Shown: in pieces, positions 46,967 to 57,044 of the stretch
How the letters are laid out: each line of letters starts with the position of its first letter
Position numbering within the stretch: position 1 is the stretch's first letter
Source: Candidatus Woesebacteria bacterium
GTDB taxonomy: Bacteria; Patescibacteriota; Microgenomatia; UBA1400; UBA12028
Direction: 5' to 3'
Assembly (NCBI GenBank): GCA_040006915.1
Contig: JBDTWD010000002.1
Coordinates: 42,613 to 106,612 of the forward strand
Length of the DNA stretch: 64,000 nt
Notes under the pieces: generated by a model
What the model saw: the letters and a program-made list of their open reading frames with translations, nothing else
Told to the model about the DNA's origin: nothing
The model's database searches: none
Made by a program: the position numbers and the translations under genes

Positions 46967-49147
46967 ATGAATAGCAGAGTGCTCCAAAAAATCCAAGCAG
47001 GTACATTTCATTTTTTATTAGTGATACTTCCACTCGTATTTACGATTTCTAATGATGAATTATTTGAGTTCCCAAAAATGCTGCTTATCTACGCTGCAGC
47101 CCTTGTTCTGCTTTCCATATGGATCATTCGATCCATACAAACGCAGAAAATTGCAATCCCTCGCACGCCTTTTGATCTTCCAATCTTATTATTTGTTGGG
47201 AGTCAGATTCTCTCAACCGTTTTTTCCATCGATCCGCATACCTCTTTGTACGGATATTACTCCCGTTTTAATGGCGGACTCTTCTCCGTACTCTCTTATA
47301 CGATTCTTTTTTATAGTGCAGCGGATATCATTACGAAAGAAAACCTCAATTGGTTTATAAAAAGTTTCTTTTTAGGTGCCGGTTTAACCGCTCTCTATGC
47401 ATTTCCCGAACACTTTGGTCACAGCCCGAGCTGTTTGTTAATTACTGGATCATTTGACGCCCATTGTTGGGTACAAGATGTACAAACTCGAGTTTTCGGG
47501 ACGCTCGGACAACCAAATTGGTTGGCTGCTTATATGGCTGTGGCATTACCACTCGTTGCCACCAAAATCATCGGCAGAAAATGGTCAGTAGATAAGCTTT
47601 TCCCGGCTGTTCTTTGGCCTCTGGCTTTCGCCCTCTATGCCTTGGTCCTGCTCTACACCAAATCACGCTCTGGAATTTTAGCAGCTGGAATTGCGCTTAC
47701 CGTTCAGATAGTGGTCTTTTTTCTCGTTCGACCCCATCAAAAAATCAAGGACATCAGTTCGTCACTCTTCCCTTTCATTGTATTTGCACTTCTTACTCTA
47801 TGTATTACAAATCCAGTCAAAGACAAATTGTTTTCAATCTTACATATATCATCTCAAACTTCAGTGAGTACTGGACAAACTCAGCCTTCTGGAACGCAAC
47901 TGGAAAGTGGGGGTTCAGAATCTGGAGATATCAGGCGAGTTGTTTGGACTGGAGCCTTACGTGTTTGGCAGCGGTATCCAATTTTTGGTTCCGGAGTCGA
48001 AACCTTTGCCTACTCATACTACAAAGATCGTCCCAAGGAACACAACTTACTTTCTGAGTGGGATTTCTTATACAACAAAGCCCACAATGAATTTTTAAAT
48101 TATCTTGCTACTACAGGAATTGTTGGCTTTGGCCTCTACATCAGTATGTATGGAAGTTTCATTCTTCTTCCGTTCTGGTGGATCTATCGCAAACAGCCAC
48201 GCTCAGTTTTATCTGGTCACCGATCGATTGCCATTGAAGTGACTGATACTGAACCCTACAGTTTCTCTACGATTTTGTTCTTAACCGCAGGAAGCTGTGC
48301 GCTTTTGGGTCTGGGAGTGAGTAATTTTTTTGGCTTCTCAACCGTGGTCGTTTCATTTCTCACTTTTTTCCTTCCCGCTCTTACTGTCATCTCTGCGAAT
48401 AAAAAAAGGATTTTAACAATTCATTTGCCAACCCTCCTAAAAGATACGTGGGTACAACGCATCTTCATCGGCATCGTTCTCTTCTGTACTCTTTCTTCCT
48501 TGTTCTCGGTTTTCTCCATGTGGGACGCGGATCGAATCTATGCGAAAGGAAAGGGTTTGTTGGACCAAAGTGAGCTTCAAAGCGGAGCACTTTTAATCCA
48601 AGAGGCAGCCAAACGGGTTCCCAATGAACCAGTTTATGAAGATAAACTATCAGCCACCGCGGCAGAGCTTTCCTATGCGCTAAGCGCATCTGCTGACAGT
48701 ACCAGTGCTGCCGCTTTGGCGCAAACTGCCATTGATCACTCTGATGCGGTAATCACGGCTCATCCTGCCAATGTTAATTTCTACAAAACCAGAGTCCATA
48801 TTTTCACTTTGCTTGCCCAGATCTCTCCAGTTTTTTATGACGAGGCTACCAAAGCATTATTGGCTGCCCTTGATTTAAGCCCCACAGATCCAAAACTCAC
48901 GCACAACTTGGCTTTCATTGCCAAAGCGCAAGGAAAAACTGCCGATCAAGAGAAGTATTTGAAGGAAACACTTGAGCTGCGACCGATTGATATATCTACG
49001 CGTCTGGAACTCGGAGCGTTTTATGAAGAACAGAAGCGCATAGATGATGCAAAGACCCAGTATCAGGCAGTGTTACAATTAGATCCGGAAAATGCATCTG
49101 CGAAAACGCGAATTGCATCCATAAGTGCAGTTCCCAAAAAGAAATAA
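46967..49147 (+). CDS. Polytopic membrane protein with an O-antigen-ligase-like (Wzy_C) domain and C-terminal TPR repeats
   Basis: WTGALRVWQRYPIFGSGVETFAYSY...YNKAHNEFLNYLATTGIVGF is Wzy_C/O-antigen-ligase-like. The C-terminal ~200 aa carry TPR-like repeats, e.g. LELGAFYEEQKRIDDAKTQYQAVLQLDPENA. Confidence 0.75.
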   Translation: MNSRVLQKIQAGTFHFLLVILPLVFTISNDELFEFPKMLLIYAAALVLLSIWIIRSIQTQKIAIPRTPFDLPILLFVGSQILSTVFSIDPHTSLYGYYSRFNGGLFSVLSYTILFYSAADIITKENLNWFIKSFFLGAGLTALYAFPEHFGHSPSCLLITGSFDAHCWVQDVQTRVFGTLGQPNWLAAYMAVALPLVATKIIGRKWSVDKLFPAVLWPLAFALYALVLLYTKSRSGILAAGIALTVQIVVFFLVRPHQKIKDISSSLFPFIVFALLTLCITNPVKDKLFSILHISSQTSVSTGQTQPSGTQLESGGSESGDIRRVVWTGALRVWQRYPIFGSGVETFAYSYYKDRPKEHNLLSEWDFLYNKAHNEFLNYLATTGIVGFGLYISMYGSFILLPFWWIYRKQPRSVLSGHRSIAIEVTDTEPYSFSTILFLTAGSCALLGLGVSNFFGFSTVVVSFLTFFLPALTVISANKKRILTIHLPTLLKDTWVQRIFIGIVLFCTLSSLFSVFSMWDADRIYAKGKGLLDQSELQSGALLIQEAAKRVPNEPVYEDKLSATAAELSYALSASADSTSAAALAQTAIDHSDAVITAHPANVNFYKTRVHIFTLLAQISPVFYDEATKALLAALDLSPTDPKLTHNLAFIAKAQGKTADQEKYLKETLELRPIDISTRLELGAFYEEQKRIDDAKTQYQAVLQLDPENASAKTRIASISAVPKKK

Positions 49148-49148
49148 T

Positions 49149-49730
49149 ATGGCCATCAAACCCATCCTCACCGTCCCACACGAAATTTTACGCAAGAAAA
49201 GTGTCGAAGTGGTTTTTGACAAAAAAATACGAGAAATCTCTAAAGAATTGGCCGACACCTTGTTTGCCAAGGGTAATCCAAAAGGAGTTGGTCTCTCCGC
49301 TCCCCAGATTGGCAAAAGCAAACGATTGTTTGTGACCTGGTTAGCTTCTGATCCTGAAGATGAACCTGTTCCCGAGGATTTACAAGTGTTTATCAATCCT
49401 ACATACATTGAACATTCAAGCGAAGTGACCTTTGGTCCCGACAAAGATGATCCGATTTTAGAAGGATGTTTATCTATCCCTAATTTCTATGGGCCTGTAC
49501 CACGGTTTGAATGGGTGGATATTGCCTATGAATCAGTAGACAAAGATGGCGAACTTATTTCTAAGACAGGCCGATTTGCAGGATTCTCTGCTCGGGTAAT
49601 TCAACACGAATTTGACCATTTGGAAGGCATTCTTTTTACTGATTATTCTCTCAAATACGATCTTCCCGTCTATGAATTCATCGGAAAGAAGATGAAAGAA
49701 ATTAACAAAGAGTTAGTCAAAGCCTTTTAA
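49149..49730 (+). CDS. def: Peptide deformylase
   Basis: GVGLSAPQIG, EGCLSIP and QHEFDHLEG are the three PDF motifs. The start is set at MAIKPIL, since the ORF track extends 8 codons upstream into the previous gene. Confidence 0.9.
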   Translation: MAIKPILTVPHEILRKKSVEVVFDKKIREISKELADTLFAKGNPKGVGLSAPQIGKSKRLFVTWLASDPEDEPVPEDLQVFINPTYIEHSSEVTFGPDKDDPILEGCLSIPNFYGPVPRFEWVDIAYESVDKDGELISKTGRFAGFSARVIQHEFDHLEGILFTDYSLKYDLPVYEFIGKKMKEINKELVKAF

Positions 49731-49732
49731 AC

Positions 49733-50623
49733 ATGTCATATTCCATTGTTATCGCCGGATCGACTGAGCGAACAAAACTCTGTGCTACTGCCCTTGTACA
49801 TGACCCTCGCTTTTCTCTCCAAGCAATCCTCACTCCTTCTCCTAAATCAATTGGGAGAAAGCAAATCGTGTCTAAAAACGCTTTTCATGAGTGGTCAGAA
49901 GAAAACCAAATACCAGTTCACCTTGTTGAAAAGAAAATCGATGAAAAAATAAGAACAGACCTGGAAACCATACATCCTAAACCCGACTTTTTACTTGTTG
50001 TCGACTTTGGCTATATCGTTCCCAAATGGCTACTGGCATGGCCAAGCATTGCTCCAGTTAATATCCATCCTTCAGCGTTGCCAAAATACAGGGGTTCTTC
50101 ACCTGGGCAATTCGTTTTGATGGCGGGAGAAAAAGAATCTGCTGTCTCTTTTATAGTGATGGATGAGAAATTAGATCATGGTCCACTCATTACGGCTCTC
50201 CCTTTTACGATAAAAGAAGACTGGACGGCTTCAGACTACTATTTCAAAGCCTTTTCACTCGCACAAGAAAAAATTGGGGATATTCTGTTTGAGTTTGCAA
50301 AGCATCAAGAAAGCCTGCCACAGCCAGACGAAAGCCCAACACCAGTAGCCCACATGCTTACCCGTGAAGATGGATTCGTTCCATTCGAGACACTTCTCCT
50401 ATCGATAAATACTGGGAAGGATGCTGAAAAACTATATAACCGTTGGAGAGGATTAACTCCCTGGCCCGGAATCTGGACAACAGTTCACATAGCGGGACAA
50501 GAGAAACGCATGAAAGTTCTCAAAACCCACATAGATGGGGAGAAATTTGTTTTGGACGAAGTACAGGTTGAGGGGAAAAATCCGACACACTTTACACTTG
50601 TGCAGGAACAGCTGGACGATTGA
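49733..50623 (+). CDS. fmt: Methionyl-tRNA formyltransferase
   Basis: VNIHPSALPKYRGSSP formyltransferase motif. def-fmt linkage. Confidence 0.9.
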   Translation: MSYSIVIAGSTERTKLCATALVHDPRFSLQAILTPSPKSIGRKQIVSKNAFHEWSEENQIPVHLVEKKIDEKIRTDLETIHPKPDFLLVVDFGYIVPKWLLAWPSIAPVNIHPSALPKYRGSSPGQFVLMAGEKESAVSFIVMDEKLDHGPLITALPFTIKEDWTASDYYFKAFSLAQEKIGDILFEFAKHQESLPQPDESPTPVAHMLTREDGFVPFETLLLSINTGKDAEKLYNRWRGLTPWPGIWTTVHIAGQEKRMKVLKTHIDGEKFVLDEVQVEGKNPTHFTLVQEQLDD

Positions 50624-50792
50624 GACGCTTTAAGCAACTCGAGCAAATAGCGACACGACGACGAACTCCATCAACTTGCAAGTTTTTGTTGTGCAAGTTT
50701 GGTCTTCGAAGACGTTTGGTACGATTTTTTGCATGCGAAACGTTATTACCGTTGTCGGCATGCTTGTTACAGAAAAAACACGAGGTTGCCAT
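50592..50792 (-). CDS. rpmB: 50S ribosomal protein L28
   Basis: GNNVSHAKNRTKRLRRPNLH matches the bL28 core [20 protein letters not shown]. Length 66 aa. Convergently overlaps the fmt 3' end by 32 nt. Confidence 0.8.
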   Translation of the reverse strand: MATSCFFCNKHADNGNNVSHAKNRTKRLRRPNLHNKNLQVDGVRRRVAICSSCLKRLNRPAVPAQV

Positions 50793-50856
50793 AAGAAAGG
50801 TAGTATATCAGAAACAACCTCAAGACGAAACCCCCAGATGATGCTATGATAGCCTC

Positions 50857-51477
50857 ATGCTTTTCAGTCTTTTGTTCTCTAATCCTCTCGAGTTCCTCCT
50901 TGTCGCTGGAGCTTTGATTGTGTCACTTACCATTCACGAATTCTCACATGCTTTGGTTGCCGAGAAGTTGGGAGATCCCACTCCTCGTCTTCAAGGCCGA
51001 ATCAGCTTAAATCCTCTTGTTCATTTGGATCCTTTGGGAACAGTAGCTATGCTGTTAGTCGGGTTTGGCTGGGGAAAACCCGTCATGTTTGATCCCTACA
51101 ATCTACGTAACCCTAAACGCGACGCTGCGCTGATTGCCGCCGCTGGACCGGTGAGTAATATACTCCTCGCAACGACGCTCTCAATCCTCCTCCATCTCAT
51201 CAGTATGCCACTTTTCATTCAAGAAGTGCTGGGATTCGTGATCGCTACCAATGTTGGCTTAGCTGTCTTTAACTTAATTCCAATTCATCCGCTCGATGGA
51301 GGGAAAATCTTAATCGGCTTAGCTCCTAGAGAAGTGGCAGCCGAGTGGGACCAAATTTTGCGCCAGTATGGAACAGTGATTTTATTGTTTTTGATTCTTC
51401 CTTTAAACAATGGAACTTCGGCTGTAAGCAGCCTTATCTCTCCAATCGTCAGTGCTATACTACGTTTCTTACTGTAG
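50857..51477 (+). CDS. M50-family (site-2-protease-like) membrane zinc metalloprotease
   Basis: HExxH motif LTIHEFSHALVA inside a TM segment, with a downstream LDGG motif. Polytopic. Confidence 0.8.
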   Translation: MLFSLLFSNPLEFLLVAGALIVSLTIHEFSHALVAEKLGDPTPRLQGRISLNPLVHLDPLGTVAMLLVGFGWGKPVMFDPYNLRNPKRDAALIAAAGPVSNILLATTLSILLHLISMPLFIQEVLGFVIATNVGLAVFNLIPIHPLDGGKILIGLAPREVAAEWDQILRQYGTVILLFLILPLNNGTSAVSSLISPIVSAILRFLL

Positions 51478-51481
51478 CCAT

Positions 51482-51847
51482 ATGAAATCCGAAAATTCTC
51501 GACTCTTCGAACAACTACCAGAGACTTTATCAATCGCGCAGCTTGCCCGCAAGTTGAACGTTAATTCCACAACGGTGCGTCAATGGATTCGCAAATATTT
51601 ATTAGAACAACCAGAAAAGAGAACCGAAGGTGGTGGACATGTGACCGGATCCCGTCGTGGCGCACTTGCGCTCACCCATGAGCAAATCGCAAAACTCACA
51701 TTCATCTCGATTTTAAAAGACCAAGCTTCCGCTACAAAGCTTGGGAATATCAGAATAGAGGTTGGCTTAAATTCTCCTGACTGGTTTTCAAAACATGAAA
51801 CACTTATTACCAAAAAGCTCCAAGTTCCGTTGCCACGTCGCAACTAA
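51482..51847 (+). CDS. Small HTH DNA-binding protein
   Basis: LSIAQLARKLNVNSTTVRQWIRKY is a helix-turn-helix. The start is taken at the Met just after the M50 stop. Confidence 0.5.
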   Translation: MKSENSRLFEQLPETLSIAQLARKLNVNSTTVRQWIRKYLLEQPEKRTEGGGHVTGSRRGALALTHEQIAKLTFISILKDQASATKLGNIRIEVGLNSPDWFSKHETLITKKLQVPLPRRN

Positions 51848-51849
51848 CA

Positions 51850-53640
51850 TCATTGGATAATCCGCACTCCACCTAACTGCTCAAACGAGAATTCATGACT
51901 GTCATGAATAGAACCGATAAAGATATTGTTTCTATTCGTTCGAAAGCGAGTTGCATAGGTTTTCACTAATTCAGGACCAAAGGTTTCTTTCTCTTCAACT
52001 AAGAATTCAATACGAAGATTTTCAAACACATTGGCCTCTTTGAAAACCTCAATGTATTCACTGAATTTTTTAAGCAGTGTTCCCGATTCTTCATCCGATT
52101 CTTTACAAAAAATGACAGTGATATTACGACTGGTTTCGTTACGTCTGATATATTCAAGACTGCGATACAGTTTGTGTGGATGGTGAGCAAACAGAAGGAT
52201 TCGAGGTTTGACCACATGGTTAAATAACGGTTCAAGGCGGACGTAGAGAAACGGAATCCCATCAAACAGATGCAGGGTCCACTCTAAAATAGAGTCACGA
52301 TAGATCATCATCATAACAAGCGTTGCAACCGGAATAAAATACAAGAGAAAATAGAGCAAGTTGTTCGGATCGATCAAAATATTTCCAACAATCCCAAGCA
52401 GTGTAGCAACGGCAGCCAAAGCTGTATAAATAAGCGGCCCTCGGTACGAGCGCTTCAGATCTGGACGATTCGCACGCAAAATCATATTGCCTACAGCAAA
52501 TAAACTCATTACTCCCAAAAAGCTAATGGTGTATACGCCAGCAAGTGACAACAATTCTCCGCCTGTTAAAACGAGGATAGATATACAGAGCACGGCAAAC
52601 GTGACAATGATCCGATTCGCATTTTGATTTCGATTTTTTAATTTTGGCAATAAAATACTACTCGGAAAACAATGATCCAGTGTCATTCGATACAACAGTC
52701 CTGACGCTCCCACAAAACTAGCCAGCACTGCCCCTGAGAGAACCAAAAAAGCGTCTGCAACGATCAGATACTGTAATCCTGCTCCGCCGATACTAATCGC
52801 ACTTTGCGCGAGAACAAAATCTTTGGAGGCAGTAATAGCAGACAGATTCATGGTATTTAAAATGACGATCGCAATCAGTGGATTAAAAAGCACTACACCA
52901 AACAACATATTTCGTAAGGTTTTGCGGAAAACTCCTGGTTGTTGTTCTTCGACGAAATTGGCACTACTTTCAAAACCAGAAACGCCCAGCAGCGATGCAC
53001 AAAATGCAAAAAACAGCATTTTTAATGCTCCTTCACGGGCAAATAGCTCTCGGGTTGAATCAACACTTTGAGCCAAGAATCCAACGCCATGATTAAACAG
53101 CATTAAAAGCCCGATACATACGAAAAGCGTTAAAACAAAAATGTGAAACAAGAAAATTCCCTTGGCCACTTTGGCACTGTCTTTCACTCCAATGATGACT
53201 AAAAGCGCAAACGCTACAATGATAGCTGCGGTGACTGGAATAACTGGTATCGAAGTAAAAACTGTATGTAAATATGCAGCAGCAGTTTTGGCAGAAATCA
53301 CGCTGGTTGCCATATACGATAACGTCGTCATTACTCCAGCAATTGCGGCCATTGGTTTAGCAGTGGCATTGAGCAAACAGTTGTATGCACCTCCGTTCAA
53401 AGGGAGTGCTTCCACCACTTCAGTATAGACATGCTTGTACAACCACAAAACCCCACCTATCGCCAAGAAAATGACCGGTGCCCAAATCCCAGCAAAGATA
53501 ATGGTTATTCCGCAAACATATAAACAACTCGACAAAATATCGTTCCCCGCAATTGCGGTAGAAGACAGTTCATCAAGCAGTGTATGCGTCGTTTTTTTTG
53601 TTGCGTCAGGCATCACATCTACTGTAGCAAGCCACCTCAT
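51850..53640 (-). CDS. APC-superfamily amino acid permease with a C-terminal ~150-aa cytoplasmic domain
   Basis: About 12 TM helices. LNGGAYNCLLNATAKP resembles APC family signatures. A hydrophilic C-terminal extension follows. Confidence 0.75.
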   Translation of the reverse strand: MRWLATVDVMPDATKKTTHTLLDELSSTAIAGNDILSSCLYVCGITIIFAGIWAPVIFLAIGGVLWLYKHVYTEVVEALPLNGGAYNCLLNATAKPMAAIAGVMTTLSYMATSVISAKTAAAYLHTVFTSIPVIPVTAAIIVAFALLVIIGVKDSAKVAKGIFLFHIFVLTLFVCIGLLMLFNHGVGFLAQSVDSTRELFAREGALKMLFFAFCASLLGVSGFESSANFVEEQQPGVFRKTLRNMLFGVVLFNPLIAIVILNTMNLSAITASKDFVLAQSAISIGGAGLQYLIVADAFLVLSGAVLASFVGASGLLYRMTLDHCFPSSILLPKLKNRNQNANRIIVTFAVLCISILVLTGGELLSLAGVYTISFLGVMSLFAVGNMILRANRPDLKRSYRGPLIYTALAAVATLLGIVGNILIDPNNLLYFLLYFIPVATLVMMMIYRDSILEWTLHLFDGIPFLYVRLEPLFNHVVKPRILLFAHHPHKLYRSLEYIRRNETSRNITVIFCKESDEESGTLLKKFSEYIEVFKEANVFENLRIEFLVEEKETFGPELVKTYATRFRTNRNNIFIGSIHDSHEFSFEQLGGVRIIQ

Positions 53641-53656
53641 TTTTTGCTACCCTAAC

Positions 53657-56299
53657 ATGGTGAGTAATTGGCATCTTCTTCCCCTAAACAATGTGTTTGT
53701 AAAAGTTCATTCCGACCCTGCAGGTCTACAGCTTTCGCAAGTTGTAACGCAAAGGAAATCATTTGGTCCAAACACTTTCCCATCCAGTCCAAAACATTCA
53801 GTTCTAAAACTATTTTTCTCGCAGTTTTTTAGCCCTCTGATTTTCATTCTTATTGTGGCTGCCATTCTCGTGGCGTTCATAGGGGAAAAAGCCGATAGCG
53901 TTGTCATTTTCATCATCCTAACGTTCAATGCAATCATTGGCACATATCAGGAAGGAAAAGCGGAAGCGACATTGGATTCGCTCAAGCATTTCTCCACTAC
54001 CACAGCGATAGTAATTCGGGAGGGGAACGAACAAACAATCAGCGATGAAGAAATTGTCGTTGGCGATCTCATTATTATTCGAGAAGGAGAAAAAGTTCCT
54101 GCTGATGCCCGAATCATCACAGCAAATGTGTGTTTCGTTGACGAATCGAGTCTCACTGGAGAGTCGGCTCCAGTCTACAAAGAAGTTTCGATTGGAGAGT
54201 TATCTGCTACCACCCCCTTGTCTGAACAACATACTATGTTGTTTCGTGGAACCTATATAACCCGAGGAAATGCCACTGCAGTTGTTGTTTCAACGGGGAA
54301 AGACACGGTGATTGGAAAAATTGCATTACAAGTCTCTGCAATTGACACCAACGTTCCGCTTAAAGGAAAAATCCAACGGTTATCAAAACAAATCATGTTT
54401 GCCGTGGCTGGCTTTAGCGTGTTCTTTTTGGTTTTAAGCACCCTTCGAGGGTACGAACTGACTGAGAGTATCTATACAATTATTACCCTATGTGTTTCCC
54501 TCATCCCTGAAGGATTACCCATCATTTTAACCTTGGTATTAGCATCCAGTGTGTATCGCATGAGCAAACGCAATGCATTAGTCAAAAAACTAGCAGCAGT
54601 TGAGGCATTAGGACAAGCCAGCGTCATAGCGGTCGACAAAACTGGAACCATTACCTTAAATGAACTCACGGTCGAAAAAGTGTATACCGCCGATGGAAAT
54701 CTGTTTACAGTGACTGGGCAAGGCTATGAAAATACTGGGAACATTCTCCAAGACGAGAATCCTATTCATGCCGATACCACCTCTCCATTATATCTTCTTT
54801 CTCAAATCGCCAAAGTCTGTACTCAAAGCAAGGTGAGCTATAGCAAAGAAGAAAAACGTTGGCATGTCATTGGAGAGCCTACAGAAGCAGCCCTGCTCAT
54901 TTTTGGAAATAAATACCCAGACACAAAACCCCAGATGTCGATTATCCAAAGCGATCCTTTTGACTACAAAAAAAAGTATTCCGCTCATTTGGCGCACTAT
55001 AAAGACACTTATCTTCGTGTTCACATTGGTGCTCCTGAGGTGGTCCTCGGACATTGTATTCTGCCGTCAAGACAAATGACTCAAATCCAACAACAGATTC
55101 AGACACTCACAAGTGTCGGATTACGAGTTGTGGCAATTGGTGCTCTTCAATCCACACACAAAATGCAAACAACCGATACTGGGGATTTGGAGTTCTTAGG
55201 TTTGGTTGCGATGAGAGACAGTATCCATCCGGAAGCGAGGGACGCCGTCCTCGTTGCCAAACAAGCAGGAATCAAAGTCTGTATGATCACGGGTGATCAT
55301 GAGGCCACAGCGCTGTCGATTGCCAAAGAGGTGGGAATATATACCGATGGCAATTCAACATTGACCGGCAAAGACATCGAGCAGCTCTCTCCCACAGATC
55401 TTCAAAAGCGATTGCGATCCACAACTGTAACAGTCTTTGCCAGGGTTACACCTGAACATAAATTAAAAATCATTGCTGCATTACGTGCCAATGGAGAAAC
55501 GGTAGCGATGACCGGAGATGGAGTCAATGATGCTGCGTCTTTAGTTGCAGCTGATCTTGGAATTGCAATGGGAAAGCATGGAACGGAAGTAGCGAAAGAA
55601 GCAGCCGATATTGTATTGCTTGATGATAACTTCAAGAGCATTACAGCCGCAATTCGTGAAGGAAGAAGTCTGTATTTGAGTATTAAGAATGTCATTCTCT
55701 ATTTACTCTCTACCAGCGTTGGAGAAGCGATGACCATTGCCGGGGCACTGCTTTTAGGGTTTCCTACTCCACTTCTGCCAGTACAAATTCTATGGCTTAA
55801 CTTTGTCACAGACGGATTCTTGGATGTTGCACTCTCCATGGAACCAAAAGAAAAAGGTGTCTTAGGTCATTCCTTTGCGAGGTTCAACAAATATGTGATC
55901 GATAGAACCATGGTTCTTCGAATGGTTTTAGTAGGCTTTACCATGTCGATTGGATCACTGTTTGTCTACAGTCGATTTGTTGACAGTGACCCTGCCAAAG
56001 CTCTCACCTTGGCACTCACTACGATGGCAGCTTTTCAATGGTTTAACGCGTGGAATTGTCGAAGTGCCACAAAGTCATTAACAGAGCTGGATTTCTTTGG
56101 GAACAAACCATTGCTACGAGCTACCATCTTGATCGTTCTTTTACACATCCTCGCTCTCCATACCGGTTTCATGCAAAGAGTGCTGCACACCACTCCGCTT
56201 TCTCTTTTGGAGTGGTGTATGTGTATTGGGATCGCATCCACTATTATTTTGATAGAAGAAATTCGCAAAGCTTTTGCCAGGACAAACCCAACTCTCTAA
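53657..56299 (+). CDS. P-type cation-transporting ATPase (type II, Ca2+/Mg2+-like)
   Basis: DKTGTITLN phosphorylation site, TGDGVNDAASL hinge, PEGLP in TM4, TGES actuator motif. The start is set at the ATG at 53657, because the ORF-track start at 53435 overlaps the permease by 200 nt. Confidence 0.9.
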   Translation: MVSNWHLLPLNNVFVKVHSDPAGLQLSQVVTQRKSFGPNTFPSSPKHSVLKLFFSQFFSPLIFILIVAAILVAFIGEKADSVVIFIILTFNAIIGTYQEGKAEATLDSLKHFSTTTAIVIREGNEQTISDEEIVVGDLIIIREGEKVPADARIITANVCFVDESSLTGESAPVYKEVSIGELSATTPLSEQHTMLFRGTYITRGNATAVVVSTGKDTVIGKIALQVSAIDTNVPLKGKIQRLSKQIMFAVAGFSVFFLVLSTLRGYELTESIYTIITLCVSLIPEGLPIILTLVLASSVYRMSKRNALVKKLAAVEALGQASVIAVDKTGTITLNELTVEKVYTADGNLFTVTGQGYENTGNILQDENPIHADTTSPLYLLSQIAKVCTQSKVSYSKEEKRWHVIGEPTEAALLIFGNKYPDTKPQMSIIQSDPFDYKKKYSAHLAHYKDTYLRVHIGAPEVVLGHCILPSRQMTQIQQQIQTLTSVGLRVVAIGALQSTHKMQTTDTGDLEFLGLVAMRDSIHPEARDAVLVAKQAGIKVCMITGDHEATALSIAKEVGIYTDGNSTLTGKDIEQLSPTDLQKRLRSTTVTVFARVTPEHKLKIIAALRANGETVAMTGDGVNDAASLVAADLGIAMGKHGTEVAKEAADIVLLDDNFKSITAAIREGRSLYLSIKNVILYLLSTSVGEAMTIAGALLLGFPTPLLPVQILWLNFVTDGFLDVALSMEPKEKGVLGHSFARFNKYVIDRTMVLRMVLVGFTMSIGSLFVYSRFVDSDPAKALTLALTTMAAFQWFNAWNCRSATKSLTELDFFGNKPLLRATILIVLLHILALHTGFMQRVLHTTPLSLLEWCMCIGIASTIILIEEIRKAFARTNPTL

Positions 56300-56316
56300 A
56301 ACTATTGATTCATCTT

Positions 56317-56700
56317 TTATCCAGTCTTATTTTTCTCTCTCATCCCCTCCACCATTTCTTCAATATGCTTTAATCTTCTATCTCTGCCTCTTAACATACT
56401 GCCCGCAAAGGTGGAAAGCACATAAAAGCCCAAGCCAATTCCTGAAAACATTATGATGAGTGTAAAGACTTTCGAAAGAGGTGACGTGGGATAGAGATCT
56501 CCGTAGCCAACCGTCGTGACTGTAGCGGCTGAGAAATACAATGAATCGAGATATGACCATCCTTCAAGATAGTGATATCCCACAGTTCCGATGGTAATAA
56601 TGCCCGCTAAACTTCCACATCCAGCCAAAAATCCTTCTGGTGGATGAACTCCCGTAAGACGTACATGCAGATGAGTAGCAGTCCAAGTCACTATTTTCAT
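56317..56700 (-). CDS. Minimal two-TM potassium channel (KcsA-like pore)
   Basis: Selectivity filter ATVTTVGYGDLYP. The start is taken at the internal Met to avoid a 73-nt overlap with the next gene. Confidence 0.8.
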   Translation of the reverse strand: MKIVTWTATHLHVRLTGVHPPEGFLAGCGSLAGIITIGTVGYHYLEGWSYLDSLYFSAATVTTVGYGDLYPTSPLSKVFTLIIMFSGIGLGFYVLSTFAGSMLRGRDRRLKHIEEMVEGMREKNKTG

Positions 56701-57044
56701 AATCCCAGGCTCTGTTTGAGCATAACCCACCACTTCCCCCAAAAGCCAGCCCGACGGTATTCTTGCCAATATGCGCGCTTCTTGGCATCTTGTGTGCCAG
56801 CATGAGGCGGATCAATCCAAGCAGAGATAACAATCCATTCATGGCGATCATTTTGCTTGGTAATCACAGTCACTCGCTGAGAACCGAATTGTTTCTCAAA
56901 CACGGTTGTCCCGGCTTCCTTGCCAGAGTATTTCTTATCAGGAGAATGAAAAGCGTGTTCGATTTGGGACGTGTTCATGCGTCGATCGTGAATCCGATCT
57001 TTGACGTGATTGGTGAAGATAAGTGAAGACATACTCTCTATCAT
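56697..57044 (-). CDS. DUF4258-like small protein (toxin-like fold family)
   Basis: FTNHVKDRIHDRRMNTSQIEHAF fits the DUF4258 pattern HA..R...R.I.... Confidence 0.45.
   Translation of the reverse strand: MIESMSSLIFTNHVKDRIHDRRMNTSQIEHAFHSPDKKYSGKEAGTTVFEKQFGSQRVTVITKQNDRHEWIVISAWIDPPHAGTQDAKKRAYWQEYRRAGFWGKWWVMLKQSLGL

Noticed and set aside
50673-50699. Perfect 8-bp hairpin AACTTGCA-N11-TGCAAGTT that looked like a def-fmt terminator
   Set aside because: It lies inside the L28 (rpmB) coding sequence on the opposite strand and has no flanking U-tract, so it was not called as a terminator.
53435-53656. ORF-track start of the P-type ATPase at 53435
   Set aside because: It would overlap the convergent permease by 200 nt and adds 74 residues unlike any P-type ATPase N-terminus. 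The ATG at 53657 begins right after the permease start and gives a normal N-terminus.
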